A stretch of DNA of 41,638 nt from a virus. The notes beneath the pieces were generated by a model. That model had not been told where the DNA came from. It did no database searches and was given only the letters and a program-made list of their open reading frames with translations. The stretch lies in UHGV virus genome UHGV-0109010, one strand, 5' to 3'. How positions within the stretch are numbered: position 1 is the stretch's first letter; every line of letters begins with the position of its first letter. This document shows, in pieces, positions 1-8,899 of this stretch. Both the position numbers and the translations under genes were made by a program.

Positions 1-633
1 TTATATTAATTCATATAATTTGGCGTAGTCGATAAGCTCTACAATTGAATGCAAACCTAGCTTGCCATAAATATTAGATTTATGTGCACTAACTGTTTTA
101 TTGCTAAGTAATAACTTATCGGCAATTTCTTTATTAGATAATCCGCTAACCAGATAACGTAATATGGTTACTTCACGATTAGATAGCACAGTGACCGTTG
201 AACTATTCGTACTACATTTATTGCTTTTTATATAGTTGAGCGTTTCGCTGGGAAAAAAAGTGTATCCGGAGAGAATCATCTGAACGGCATGAAAAATATC
301 ATTCTGATCATTGCATTTACTGACAAAACCGTTAGCACCAGCTTGTATCGCTCTGCCAGCATAAAAGCATTCTGATTTCGATGATAAAAATAATACTTTC
401 ACTGTACTCTGAATTTGTTTGATCCTTTTTAGGAAGGTAAAACCGTCTGTACCGGGCAAGTCTATATCCATAATGATTAAATCAACAGGACGGGTTCGGA
501 GATAATCGATGGTTATGCGGTAATCATCCGTTTTCAGGACAATCTGCAATTCACTGTTTTTTTGCAACAGAACTTCAATAGACATTCTGATGATAGGATG
601 AGTATCCATAATGATCACCGACGTTGGTTTCAT
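1..633 (-). CDS. fimZ: LuxR/FixJ-family response regulator FimZ (start at internal Met of the 219-aa ORF; ATG 631-633 on minus strand)
   Basis: ORF 1..660 translation matches my recollection of E. coli FimZ (MKPTSVIIMDTHPIIRMSIEVLL...); receiver domain plus C-terminal LuxR HTH; sits next to argU as in E. coli. Confidence 0.85.
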   Translation of the reverse strand: MKPTSVIIMDTHPIIRMSIEVLLQKNSELQIVLKTDDYRITIDYLRTRPVDLIIMDIDLPGTDGFTFLKRIKQIQSTVKVLFLSSKSECFYAGRAIQAGANGFVSKCNDQNDIFHAVQMILSGYTFFPSETLNYIKSNKCSTNSSTVTVLSNREVTILRYLVSGLSNKEIADKLLLSNKTVSAHKSNIYGKLGLHSIVELIDYAKLYELI

Positions 634-815
634 AGTTACCAGTCTCATTGGATCGGACAATTTTCCGTTAGGGCGGTAAATTGTACTTGATACATGAAAA
701 TACGGGTTTTCCTGATTCAGACGCGCAGCGGTGTGCGTTTGTTTGCCGCTATAACGAAATAAATCAGAAAATCAGACGCGGTCGTTCACTTGTTCAGCAA
801 CCAGATCAAAAGCCA

Positions 816-843
816 TTGACTCAGCAAGGGTTGACCGTATAAT
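816..843 (+). promoter_or_regulatory. sigma70-type promoter for argU (-35 TTGACT 816-821, 16-nt spacer, -10 TATAAT 838-843)
   Basis: Consensus hexamers read directly; positioned about 30 nt upstream of tRNA 5' end. Confidence 0.6.
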
Positions 844-874
844 TCACGCGATTACACCGCATTGCGGTATCAAC

Positions 875-951
875 GCGCCCTTAGCTCAGTTGGATAGAGC
901 AACGACCTTCTAAGTCGTGGGCCGCAGGTTCGAATCCTGCAGGGCGCGCCA
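875..951 (+). tRNA. argU: tRNA-Arg (anticodon UCU), 77 nt including CCA
   Basis: GCGCCCTTAGCTCAGTTGGATAGAGC...CCTTCTAAGTCGTGG...GGTTCGAATCCTGCAGGGCGCGCCA: D-loop, anticodon loop with TCT, T-arm GTTCGAATC, acceptor pairing GCGCCC/GGGCGCG. Confidence 0.93.
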
Positions 952-966
952 TTACAATTCAATCAG

Positions 967-2130
967 TTACGCCTTCTTTATATCCTCCATAATTCCAGAG
1001 TGGGACATATTTGGGACATTATCACCAAAAATGTCGTCTATTTTCCTCGCATGCTCTGTCAAATGATTAGGCGCAAGGTGAGCATACCTACGAACCATTT
1101 CTATGGACTCCCATCCGCCCATTTCCTGAAGCACTGATAATGGGACGCCTGACTGAATCAGCCAGCTTGCCCAGGTGTGTCTGAGGTCATGGAAACGGAA
1201 ATCTTCAATTCCTGCACGACGACAAGCTGATAGCCATGATGTCTTGCTGTCGATGCGCATCTTCCTGACCGCAGGCGTTGATGTTCCATCTGCTCGCTTA
1301 GCCGCCTTGGTATGTACAAACACCCATTTGTGATGCTTGCCTATTTGATCACGCAACACTTTACAGGCGGTATCGTTCAGCGCCACACCAATGGCGCGGT
1401 TTGATTTGCTCTCTTCTGGATTCACCCAGGCAACTCGTCGCTGCATGTCGATTTGTTGCCATTCCAGATTTATGATGTTCGACTTTCTCAGACCAGTTGC
1501 CAGCGCAAACTTGACGACAGATTTCAGTGGTTCGGGGCACTCATCAATAAGGCGTTTTGCTTCCTCCTTTTCCAGCCATCTGACTCGCTTGTTTCTGACC
1601 GCTGGTATCTTGATGACAGGCGCTTTTTCCAGCCACTTCCAGTCGCGTTCTGCAGCACGGAGAATGGCCTTTATCATGGCAAGATGCTTTGCCTTTGTCT
1701 GAGTTGATACTGGCTTTGGTTCATAAACAGGCAGTTCTTTACCTTTCCTGATGGCGGCCTGAACTTTCTGTTTCCATATTTCTTTCGTCTTTCTGTTATG
1801 CATTCTGCTTACAGCAGAGTAAATCTTTGCCTCCGAGATATCTTTAAGCCTTATACCCTCAAAATGTTCAAGCCAGAACTCAATCCGGCTTTTATCTGAA
1901 TCGAGAGATTTTTTATCAGCTTTTTCCTCAAGCCATCTTAGGCAGGCCTCTTCAAAAGTGACATCAGGTAAATCCCCTAGCTTTTCTACTCGCCAGAGTT
2001 CTGCTTTTCGCTTGTCGTGCAACTCCTGAGCTTGCCGCTTGTCCTTTGTGCCAAGAGATTCCTTAATTCGTTTCCCGCCCGGGAGCGAATACGAGGCATA
2101 CCATATTTCATTTCTGCGGAAGAGTGACAT
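967..2130 (-). CDS. intD: Tyrosine site-specific integrase (DLP12 IntD-like, 387 aa)
   Basis: ORF translation has lambda-family N-terminal arm-binding region and C-terminal catalytic motifs ([15 protein letters not shown]); adjacent to argU as in E. coli K-12 DLP12. Confidence 0.9.
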   Translation of the reverse strand: MSLFRRNEIWYASYSLPGGKRIKESLGTKDKRQAQELHDKRKAELWRVEKLGDLPDVTFEEACLRWLEEKADKKSLDSDKSRIEFWLEHFEGIRLKDISEAKIYSAVSRMHNRKTKEIWKQKVQAAIRKGKELPVYEPKPVSTQTKAKHLAMIKAILRAAERDWKWLEKAPVIKIPAVRNKRVRWLEKEEAKRLIDECPEPLKSVVKFALATGLRKSNIINLEWQQIDMQRRVAWVNPEESKSNRAIGVALNDTACKVLRDQIGKHHKWVFVHTKAAKRADGTSTPAVRKMRIDSKTSWLSACRRAGIEDFRFHDLRHTWASWLIQSGVPLSVLQEMGGWESIEMVRRYAHLAPNHLTEHARKIDDIFGDNVPNMSHSGIMEDIKKA

Positions 2131-2357
2131 TTTCTTTCCTCTGTTATGCCATCACCCGCGCTCACCTGGACAGTATGCAGCGGAGACTGAAGCGCCGCAA
2201 TGCAGGCTTGCCGTGTTGTGAGGTAAGGAGATTTTGGCTTGGTTGGATCTTTACGTGTTGCCTGTAGGCGGCCTGTTCGTATCCAGTTGGTGGCGGTTGG
2301 TCTGGATATCTTAAGAAACTGACAGGCCTCATCGAGTGTGAGGCTGTATGATTCCAT
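1986..2357 (-). CDS. xisD: Excisionase / AlpA-like HTH DNA-binding protein (start at MESYSL..., SD GAGGT upstream)
   Basis: HTH segment [26 protein letters not shown] typical of phage excisionases; position just upstream of int; ORF unusually extends 145 nt into int. Confidence 0.6.
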   Translation of the reverse strand: MESYSLTLDEACQFLKISRPTATNWIRTGRLQATRKDPTKPKSPYLTTRQACIAALQSPLHTVQVSAGDGITEERKCHSSAEMKYGMPRIRSRAGNELRNLLAQRTSGKLRSCTTSEKQNSGE

Positions 2358-2607
2358 GGTTACCTCTGCTTTTTGAACGCATGTCACGTAACTTCTTAAT
2401 GTGTTCTGCCGTTTCGATCTCTTCTGCTATCCGATCTGCATCAGCTTTATTCACAGGTTCAAAGTCATGATTAAAGCGGAACATGCTGGCGATACATGTT
2501 CTGCCTTTTCGGATGTAGTGAACTTTGTTGTGGGTAGAACGCAGGATTTTGCAGGGAGTGCCGTGGTGGTCGACGTACCAGGTGTTAGGAAAAATGATTC
2601 TGAACAT
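2329..2607 (-). CDS. Hypothetical early-left protein (92 aa)
   Basis: ORF in early-left operon orientation; no family recognised. Confidence 0.4.
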   Translation of the reverse strand: MFRIIFPNTWYVDHHGTPCKILRSTHNKVHYIRKGRTCIASMFRFNHDFEPVNKADADRIAEEIETAEHIKKLRDMRSKSRGNHGIIQPHTR

Positions 2608-2654
2608 TTTTACACCTCAGTTGGACGATGTTGAAATTTGCTGCTTTGAGGCCA

Positions 2655-2873
2655 TCACAGTCCCCATTGTTTGTTCTTAAGTTCGATCTCCTCCTGGCAA
2701 CTTGCACAAGTCCGACAACCCTGAACAGCCAGGCGTCTTCGCTCAGCTATCGGATCGCCACACTCACAACAATGAGTTGCGGATACAGTCTGGTAGTTCT
2801 GACGACGCATTTTTATTGCTGTATTGCGCTGTAATTCTTCGATTTCTGATGCTGAATCAATGATGTCTGCCAT
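2655..2873 (-). CDS. TraR/DksA-family C4 zinc-finger protein (phage Orf73-like RNAP secondary-channel binder)
   Basis: 72 aa with CxxC...CxxC (CCECGDPI...CRTCASC) zinc finger typical of TraR/DksA family. Confidence 0.7.
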   Translation of the reverse strand: MADIIDSASEIEELQRNTAIKMRRQNYQTVSATHCCECGDPIAERRRLAVQGCRTCASCQEEIELKNKQWGL

Positions 2874-2971
2874 CTTTCATTAATCCCTGAACTGTTGGTT
2901 AATACGCTTGAGGGTGAATGCGAACAATAAAAAAGGAGCCTGTAGCTCCCTGATAATTTTGCTTTTCATGT

Positions 2972-3154
2972 TCATCGTTCCTTAAAGACGCCGTTTAACA
3001 TGCCGATCGCCAGGCTTAAATGAGTTGGTGTGAATCCCATCAGCGTTACCGTTTCGCGGTGCTTCTTCAGTACGCTACGGCAAATGTCATCGACGTTTTT
3101 ATCCGGAAACTGCTGTCTGGCTTTTTTTGATTTCAGAATTAGCCTGACGGGCAA
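2972..3154 (-). CDS. Small hypothetical protein (lambda orf61-position homolog)
   Basis: 60-aa ORF in conserved position relative to exo; recollection of lambda orf61 only approximate. Confidence 0.4.
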   Translation of the reverse strand: MPVRLILKSKKARQQFPDKNVDDICRSVLKKHRETVTLMGFTPTHLSLAIGMLNGVFKER

Positions 3155-3264
3155 TGCTGCGAAGGGCGTTTTCTTGCTGAGGTGTCATTAAACAAGCCCC
3201 ATGTCGGCAAGCATAAGCACACAGAATATGAAGCCCGCTGCCAGAAAAATGCATTCAGTGGTTG

Positions 3265-3456
3265 TCATACCTGGTCTCTCTCATCTGCTTCTGCTTTCGC
3301 CACCATCATTTCCAGCTTTTGTGAAAGGGATGTGGCTAACGTATGAAATTCTTCGTCTGTTTCTACTGGTATTGGCACAAACCTGACTCCAATTTGAGCA
3401 AGGCTATGTGCCATCTCAATACTCGTTCTTAACTCAACAGGAGATGCTTTGTGCAT
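3265..3456 (-). CDS. Small hypothetical protein (lambda orf63-position homolog)
   Basis: 63-aa ORF; position and 28-nt overlap with next ORF mirror lambda orf63/orf60a arrangement. Confidence 0.45.
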   Translation of the reverse strand: MHKASPVELRTSIEMAHSLAQIGVRFVPIPVETDEEFHTLATSLSQKLEMMVAKAEADERDQV

Positions 3457-3617
3457 ACCGCCTCCCGTTTATTATTTATCTTCTCAGCCAGCCGCTGTGC
3501 TTTCAGTGGATTTCTGATAACAGAAAGGCCGGGAAATACCCAGCCTCGCTTTGTAACGGAGTAGACGAAAGTGATCGCGCCTACCCGGATATTATCGTGA
3601 GGATGCGTCATCGCCAT
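3429..3617 (-). CDS. Small hypothetical protein (lambda orf60a-position homolog), overlaps exo stop
   Basis: 62-aa ORF starting 10 nt inside exo 3' end, as in lambda. Confidence 0.45.
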   Translation of the reverse strand: MAMTHPHDNIRVGAITFVYSVTKRGWVFPGLSVIRNPLKAQRLAEKINNKREAVCTKHLLLS

Positions 3618-4288
3618 TGCTCCCCAAATACAAAACCAATTTCAGCCAGTGCCTCGTCCATTTTTTCGATGAACTCCGGCACCATCTCGTCAAAACTCGC
3701 CATGTACTTTTCATCCCGCTCAACCACGACATAATGCAGTCCTTCACGCTTCATACGCGGGTCATAGTTGGCAAAGTACCAGGCATCTTTTCGTGTCACC
3801 CACATGCTGTACTGCACCTGGGCCATGTAAGCCGACTTTATGGCCTCGAAACCACCGAGCCGGAACTTCATGAAATCCCGGGAGGTAAACGGGCATTTCA
3901 GCTCAAGGCCATTGCCGTCACTGCATAAACCATCGGGAGAGCAGGCGGTGCGCATACTTTCGTCGCGATAGATGATCGGGGATTCAGTAACATTCACGCC
4001 GGAAGTGAATTCAAACAGAGTTCTGGCGTCGTTCTCGTACTGTTTTCCCCATGCCAGCGCCTTAGCATTAACTTCCGGAGCCACACCGGTGCAAACCTCA
4101 GCCAGCAGGGTGTGGAAGTAGGACATTTTCATGTCAGGCCACTTCTTTCCTGAGCGGGGCTTGGCTATCACGTTGTGAACTTCTGAAGCGGTGATGACGC
4201 CGAGCCGTAATTTGTGCCATGCATCATCCCCCTGTTCGACAGCTCTCACGTCGATCCCGGTACGCTGCAGGATAATGTCCGGTGTCAT
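3608..4288 (-). CDS. exo: Lambda Red exonuclease (Exo, Red-alpha), 226 aa
   Basis: Translation [43 protein letters not shown]... is essentially lambda Exo as I recall it. Confidence 0.95.
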   Translation of the reverse strand: MTPDIILQRTGIDVRAVEQGDDAWHKLRLGVITASEVHNVIAKPRSGKKWPDMKMSYFHTLLAEVCTGVAPEVNAKALAWGKQYENDARTLFEFTSGVNVTESPIIYRDESMRTACSPDGLCSDGNGLELKCPFTSRDFMKFRLGGFEAIKSAYMAQVQYSMWVTRKDAWYFANYDPRMKREGLHYVVVERDEKYMASFDEMVPEFIEKMDEALAEIGFVFGEQWR

Positions 4289-5070
4289 GCTGCCACCTTC
4301 TGCTCAGTGGCTTTCTGTTTCAGGAAACCAAGAGCTTTCACTGCTTCGGCCTGTGTCAGTTCTGACGATGCGCGAATGTCGCGGCGAAATATCTGGGAAC
4401 AGAGCGGCAATAAGTCGTCATTCCATGTTTTATCCAGGGCGATCAGCAGAGTGTTAATCTCCTGCATGGTTTCATCGTTAACCGGAGTGATGTCGCGTTC
4501 CGGCTGACGTTCTGCAGTGTATGCGGTATTTTCGACAATGCGCTCGGCTTCATCCTTGTCATAGATACCAGCAAATCCGAAGGCGAGACGGGCACACTGA
4601 ATCATGGCTTTATGCCGTAACATCCGTTTGGGATGCGACTGCCACGGCCCCGTGATTTCTCTGCCTTCGCGGGTTTTGAATGGTTCGCGGCGGCATTCAT
4701 CCATCCACTCGGTAACGCAGATCGGATGATTGCGGTCCTTGCGGTAAATCCGGCATGTGCAGGATTCATTGTCCTGCTCAAAGTCCATGCCATCAAACTG
4801 CTGGTTTTCATTGATGATACGGGGCCAGCCATCAACGCCCACCACCGGAACGATGCCGTTCTGCTTGTCAGGGAAGGCGTAAATTTCTTTCGTCCACGGA
4901 TTAAGGCCGTACTGGTTGGCGACGATCAGCAATGCGATGAACTGCGCATCGCTGGCATCACCTTTAAATGCCGTCTGGCGAAGAGTGGTGATCAGTTCCT
5001 GTGGGTCGACAGAATCCATGCCGACGCGTTCAGCCAGCTTCCCAGCCAGCGTTGCGAGTGCTGTACTCAT
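4285..5070 (-). CDS. bet: Lambda Red single-strand annealing protein (Bet, Red-beta), 261 aa
   Basis: Translation [40 protein letters not shown]... matches lambda Bet. Confidence 0.95.
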   Translation of the reverse strand: MSTALATLAGKLAERVGMDSVDPQELITTLRQTAFKGDASDAQFIALLIVANQYGLNPWTKEIYAFPDKQNGIVPVVGVDGWPRIINENQQFDGMDFEQDNESCTCRIYRKDRNHPICVTEWMDECRREPFKTREGREITGPWQSHPKRMLRHKAMIQCARLAFGFAGIYDKDEAERIVENTAYTAERQPERDITPVNDETMQEINTLLIALDKTWNDDLLPLCSQIFRRDIRASSELTQAEAVKALGFLKQKATEQKVAA

Positions 5071-5075
5071 CCGTT

Positions 5076-5372
5076 TTATACCTCTGAATCAATATCAACC
5101 TGGTGGTGAGCAATGGTTTCAACCATGTACCGGATGTGTTCTGCCATGCGCTCCTGAAACTCAACATCGTCATCAAACGCACGGGTAATGGCTTTTTTGC
5201 TGGCCCCGTGGCGTTGTAAATGATCGATGCAGAGTGATTCAAACAGGTGCTGGGGCAGACCTTTTTCCATGTCGTCTGCCAGTTCTGCCTCTTTCTCTTC
5301 ACGGGCGAGCTGCTGGTAGTGACGCGCCCAGCTCTGAGCCTCAAGACGATCCTGAATGTAATAAGCGTTCAT
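5076..5372 (-). CDS. gam: Gam, RecBCD inhibitor (98-aa short form)
   Basis: Translation [44 protein letters not shown]... matches lambda GamS. Confidence 0.93.
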   Translation of the reverse strand: MNAYYIQDRLEAQSWARHYQQLAREEKEAELADDMEKGLPQHLFESLCIDHLQRHGASKKAITRAFDDDVEFQERMAEHIRYMVETIAHHQVDIDSEV

Positions 5373-5448
5373 GGCTGAACTCCTGAAAATGGCTGTGAAA
5401 ATATCGCCCGCGAAATGCCAGGCTGATTAGGAAAACAGGAAAGGGGGG

Positions 5449-5655
5449 TTAGTGATTCAGGCCGTTACCGCGTCCGTCGAGAAAAACTTCCACGAGCAAA
5501 TCACTGGTATAAGTGCGCTCGATGCCGCGATGCAGATAAAGCCGTCCGCGTAAATTAGCTGATGCAGTCCAGGTACCATCTTTGTGTTTGACCAGCATTC
5601 CTGGCATGACCGCGCCGCGATTAACGGTCTGTGTTCCGTAATGTTGATGAACCAT
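5449..5655 (-). CDS. kil: Kil-family host cell-division inhibitor (68 aa)
   Basis: Motifs HxHxGT, TxSAN and VFLDGRG resemble Rac KilR as recalled; SD GGAG 9 nt upstream; first gene downstream of pL. Confidence 0.55.
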   Translation of the reverse strand: MVHQHYGTQTVNRGAVMPGMLVKHKDGTWTASANLRGRLYLHRGIERTYTSDLLVEVFLDGRGNGLNH

Positions 5656-5931
5656 AAAAACTCCGCCCGTAAGCTGGGCTGCTGAACATATAGAGACTTC
5701 TGCGCATATTCAGGCGGTGGATGGCCGCCGGTTGTCATAACTAAGCCGCCTCGTTGAAGCGACTGAGGTATGAAATGTTGAGTTAATTTCAGCTGGTCAC
5801 ACCGACGTTCACGCGTCCGTTTCACCCCTCGCACTCCCCGAAGCCTGCTGAAATTCAAACTGCGGATCTAAGCGGTCATCGCAACGGTGAATCAGGTAGT
5901 TGCCGTATCGTTGTGTTGTTGCGATGAACTT

Positions 5932-5960
5932 ATTTAAAACTATAGTTGTTTTATCGTCAA
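5932..5960 (-). promoter_or_regulatory. pL-like early leftward promoter (minus strand: -35 TTGACG, 17-nt spacer, -10 TTAAAT)
   Basis: Hexamers read on minus strand; architecture and sequence closely mirror pR (TTGACT-17-TAATCT). Confidence 0.55.
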
Positions 5961-5990
5961 CAACAAAAGTTGTTTTATTGGTTGTTTTAG
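5944..5990. promoter_or_regulatory. OL operator cluster: overlapping GTTGTT/AACAAC inverted repeats
   Basis: Palindromes GTTGTT-N8-AACAAC and AACAAC-AAAA-GTTGTT share half-site with OR (ATGGTTGTT...AACAACCAT). Confidence 0.55.
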
Positions 5991-6099
5991 ATATAACTGG
6001 TTGTATTTAGGATGGATTTATTTTGTGACTTGAATCGCATAGCGATAACTGAAGCGAGGTTATGGTGGTTTTTTTAACGGTGTGTGTGATGAGGGGAGG

Positions 6100-6135
6100 G
6101 CAAAAGAAAACCCGGCACGGTGACCGGGATTCTTA
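6100..6135 (-). terminator. Rho-independent terminator downstream of cI (minus strand)
   Basis: Minus strand reads CCCGG-TCACCGTG-CCGGG followed by TTTTCTTTT. Confidence 0.55.
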
Positions 6136-6249
6136 CGCCGTTAGGTAAAGATATTATTGCGGTGGCTTAATATTACTACCTAGAGCAAAGATAGGAATTA
6201 GTTCTTTACTGAATGAGCACAATGCCCAGTTGATAATTTTTAATTGGTA

Positions 6250-6939
6250 CTACCCATGCTTCCTATATGTCTGCGGCATGCTCCCAATAACCTTACCGAA
6301 GATGAACACCCGGTTCATCTCGTCTTTCTCGATCGGGTCCCACGGTGAGTAGCTTTTGTTATCAGAGATGACCAGCAGCTTATCCTTCATCATTTGCAGG
6401 CGCTTTACATGGGCTGTGTCGTCGTACAGAAACGCATAGATACCATCACCGTCGAAAGATTTAACTGTGATATCAACGAACAGCAGATCACCTGGTTCGA
6501 TCGTTCCTGACATGCTGTCACCACGCACGTTAATGATGCGGATATTTTCCGCCTTCCTACCATCGAACATGTGACGAGCATCGTCAAACGAGTACTCAAC
6601 CGAGCGTAGAACTTCTACAAACTCACGGTTGATGACTCCCGGCCCAGCACTGACTTCTATATCAAGAACGTCAATCTTGAAGTATTTGGAATGGCTGACA
6701 GTTGATTGTATTGGTTGCACTGTACTGTCTGACATATTTCCAACGCCAGAAGATAACCATTCTGCGCGCACACCCAAAGCGTTCGCGATCTCCACGATTT
6801 TAGTTGTTTGATTAGCTTTCCCTGTTTCGATTTTCTGAATAGCAGCCTGGCTAACCCCGACCAAATCCCCAAGCGCCTTTTGTGTAAGGCCTCGCGCTAA
6901 TCTGGCTTCTTTAAGTCTTTCTGAGAGTGTTGTTTTCAT
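6250..6939 (-). CDS. cI: CI-type prophage repressor, XRE HTH + S24 LexA-like autopeptidase (229 aa from MKTTLSERL...)
   Basis: N-terminal HTH (LTQKALGDLVGVSQAAIQKIE), C-terminal S24 motifs (GDSM...KRL); divergent from cro across operator region. Confidence 0.85.
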   Translation of the reverse strand: MKTTLSERLKEARLARGLTQKALGDLVGVSQAAIQKIETGKANQTTKIVEIANALGVRAEWLSSGVGNMSDSTVQPIQSTVSHSKYFKIDVLDIEVSAGPGVINREFVEVLRSVEYSFDDARHMFDGRKAENIRIINVRGDSMSGTIEPGDLLFVDITVKSFDGDGIYAFLYDDTAHVKRLQMMKDKLLVISDNKSYSPWDPIEKDEMNRVFIFGKVIGSMPQTYRKHG

Positions 6940-6980
6940 AGTCCAAATGTACAACCAAGGTTTTATTCCATCAAACGAAA

Positions 6981-7016
6981 ATGGTTGTTGACTAAAAACA
7001 ACCATAGTTTTAATCT
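6981..7016 (+). promoter_or_regulatory. OR operator palindrome ATGGTTGTT-N7-AACAACCAT overlapping pR (-35 TTGACT 6988-6993, -10 TAATCT 7011-7016)
   Basis: Perfect 9-bp inverted repeat overlapping a near-consensus promoter 28 nt upstream of cro ATG. Confidence 0.7.
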
Positions 7017-7043
7017 TGATTCAAATTAACCACGGAGGTTGTT

Positions 7044-7274
7044 ATGAACCCAGCTATCAAAACAGCGATCAATATCGTTGGTTCACAAAAGAAACTGGGC
7101 GCTGCTTGCGAAGTTTCACAGCAGGCCGTCTATAAGTGGCTTCACAACAAAGCAAAGGTATCCCCTGAACATGTCGGCAGCATTGTTACGGCTACTGGTG
7201 GAGTAGTGAAGGCATACCAGATTCGCCCGGATCTTCCGAAGTTGTTTCCACACACCGAAAAGAACGCAGCTTAA
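7044..7274 (+). CDS. cro: Cro-like HTH regulator (YdaS-like family)
   Basis: 76 aa, SD GGAGG, HTH segment (SQQAVYKWLHNKAKVS); first gene from pR divergent to cI. Confidence 0.75.
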   Translation: MNPAIKTAINIVGSQKKLGAACEVSQQAVYKWLHNKAKVSPEHVGSIVTATGGVVKAYQIRPDLPKLFPHTEKNAA

Positions 7275-7343
7275 ATTTCCATTTCACGCTCTTTAACAAT
7301 AAGCAATCAACTTAACAGTCAATTCAAACTAAAGGAGTCAATT

Positions 7344-7883
7344 ATGCAACCACTTCCATACCAACAGACTAGCGGATTTAGCCCGACTGCGGTGATAAAT
7401 CGTTCTCAAACAAAACAGGTGCCAGGCCACGAAAAAATCCGTGATGCCGTCCGCGCCTGGTCGGCTGTAGATAATCAGGATGTCGTTGCCACACTCATTG
7501 TGAATGAGTATCGGGAGCAGGGCGGCGGCACCATCGATTTCCCTGATGATGTCAGCCGTGCACGCCAGAAGCTGTTCCGCTTCCTCGATAACAAATTCGA
7601 TTCTGAAAAATACCGAAATAACGTGCGTGAACTGACCCCGGCAATTCTGGCGGTACTACCGCTGGAATATCGCGGTTACCTGGTTGAGCAGGATAGCTTC
7701 ATGGCCAGGTTGGCTGAAATGGAAAAGGAACTCAGTGAGGCAAAACAGGCTGTCATTCTCAACGCACCACGCCACCAGAAACTGAAGGAAATTAGTGAAG
7801 GTATTGTATCGATGTTTCGTGTGGACCCAGATCTGGCTGGTCCATTGATGGCGATGGTTACTACCATGCTGGGGGCGATATGA
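7344..7883 (+). CDS. YdaT-family protein in the CII position (putative lysis-lysogeny regulator)
   Basis: 179 aa, SD AAGGAG; position between cro and O; resemblance to Rac YdaT recalled, not verified. Confidence 0.45.
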   Translation: MQPLPYQQTSGFSPTAVINRSQTKQVPGHEKIRDAVRAWSAVDNQDVVATLIVNEYREQGGGTIDFPDDVSRARQKLFRFLDNKFDSEKYRNNVRELTPAILAVLPLEYRGYLVEQDSFMARLAEMEKELSEAKQAVILNAPRHQKLKEISEGIVSMFRVDPDLAGPLMAMVTTMLGAI

Positions 7884-7969
7884 CAGGTTCAGAAATGGCG
7901 AAAGCCGGTCTGCTGGAACAGAACCGACTTTCAGGTGCAAATCGTAACACACTCATTGCGGGAGGAATT

Positions 7970-8899
7970 ATGGCAAACACTGCTGAGATATTCAATTTTC
8001 CAGTGCCGGATGCGGCACAAAAGGAGCCGCGCGTGGCAGATCTCGATGATGGTTATACGCGCATTGCAAATGAGTTGCTGGAAGCTGTGATGCTGGCCGG
8101 ATTAACACAGCACCAGCTTCTGGTCTTCCTGGCTGTCATGCGCAAAACATATGGCTTTAATAAAAAACTGGATTGGGTGAGCAACGAGCAACTGTCCGGA
8201 TTGACCGGGATATTACCGCACAAGTGTTCTGCTGCAAAAAGTGTTCTGGTAAAGCGTGGGATTTTGATTCAGAGCGGGCGGAATATCGGTATTAATAATG
8301 TGGTCAGTGAATGGTCAACATTACCCGAATCAGGTAAGAAAAATAAAGTTTACCTGAAAGAGGTAAATTTACCTGAATCAGGTAAGAAAAGTTTACCCAA
8401 ATCAGGTAAAGGCGTTTACCCGAATCAGGTAAACACAAAAGACAAACTAACAAAAGACAATATAAAACCTTTTTCGTCCGAGAATTCTGGCGAATCCTCT
8501 GACCAACCAGAAAACGATCTTCCTGTGGTGAAACCAGATGCTGCAATTCAGAGCGGCAGCAAGTGGGGGACAGCAGAAGACCTGACCGCCGCAGAGTGGA
8601 TGTTTGACATGGTGAAGACCATCGCACCATCAGCCAGAAAACCGAATTTTGCAGGGTGGGCTAACGATATCCGCCTGATGCGTGAACGTGACGGACGTAA
8701 CCACCGCGACATGTGCGTGCTTTTCCGCTGGGCATGCCAGGACAACTTCTGGTCCGGTAACGTGCTAAGTCCGGCCAAACTCCGCGACAAGTGGACCCAA
8801 CTCGAAATCAACCGTAACAAGCAACAGGCAGGCATGATAGCCAGCAAACCAAAACTCGACCTGACAAACACTGACTGGATTTACGGGGTGGATTTATGA
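7970..8899 (+). CDS. O: Replication initiator O (lambda O-like; alternative in-frame start at 7880)
   Basis: N-terminus MANTAEIFNFPV...VADLDDGYTRIANELLEA...TQHQLLVFLAVMRKTYGFNK parallels lambda O; iterons inside gene; GGAGG SD before 7970. Confidence 0.85.
   Translation: MANTAEIFNFPVPDAAQKEPRVADLDDGYTRIANELLEAVMLAGLTQHQLLVFLAVMRKTYGFNKKLDWVSNEQLSGLTGILPHKCSAAKSVLVKRGILIQSGRNIGINNVVSEWSTLPESGKKNKVYLKEVNLPESGKKSLPKSGKGVYPNQVNTKDKLTKDNIKPFSSENSGESSDQPENDLPVVKPDAAIQSGSKWGTAEDLTAAEWMFDMVKTIAPSARKPNFAGWANDIRLMRERDGRNHRDMCVLFRWACQDNFWSGNVLSPAKLRDKWTQLEINRNKQQAGMIASKPKLDLTNTDWIYGVDL
8321..8476. repeat. Origin of replication: five ~18-bp iterons (TTACCYGAATCAGGTAAR) followed by AT-rich region
   Basis: Direct repeats at 8321, 8350, 8368, 8393, 8415 each with internal dyad TTACC...GGTAA, then A-rich tract; same layout as lambda ori within O. 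Confidence 0.8.

Noticed and set aside
5457-5858. 133-aa ORF with an Arg-rich N-terminus, considered as a possible N-like antiterminator
   Set aside because: Begins with TTG, has no good RBS, and overlaps the well-supported kil gene in another frame; the Arg-rich stretch is probably fortuitous. Left as a caveat in the immunity-region finding.
8321-8433. Tandem repeats that could be mistaken for a CRISPR or toxin-antitoxin array
   Set aside because: They lie inside the O gene, each has an internal dyad, and they are followed by an AT-rich tract: the lambdoid ori iteron layout. No spacers, no cas genes.
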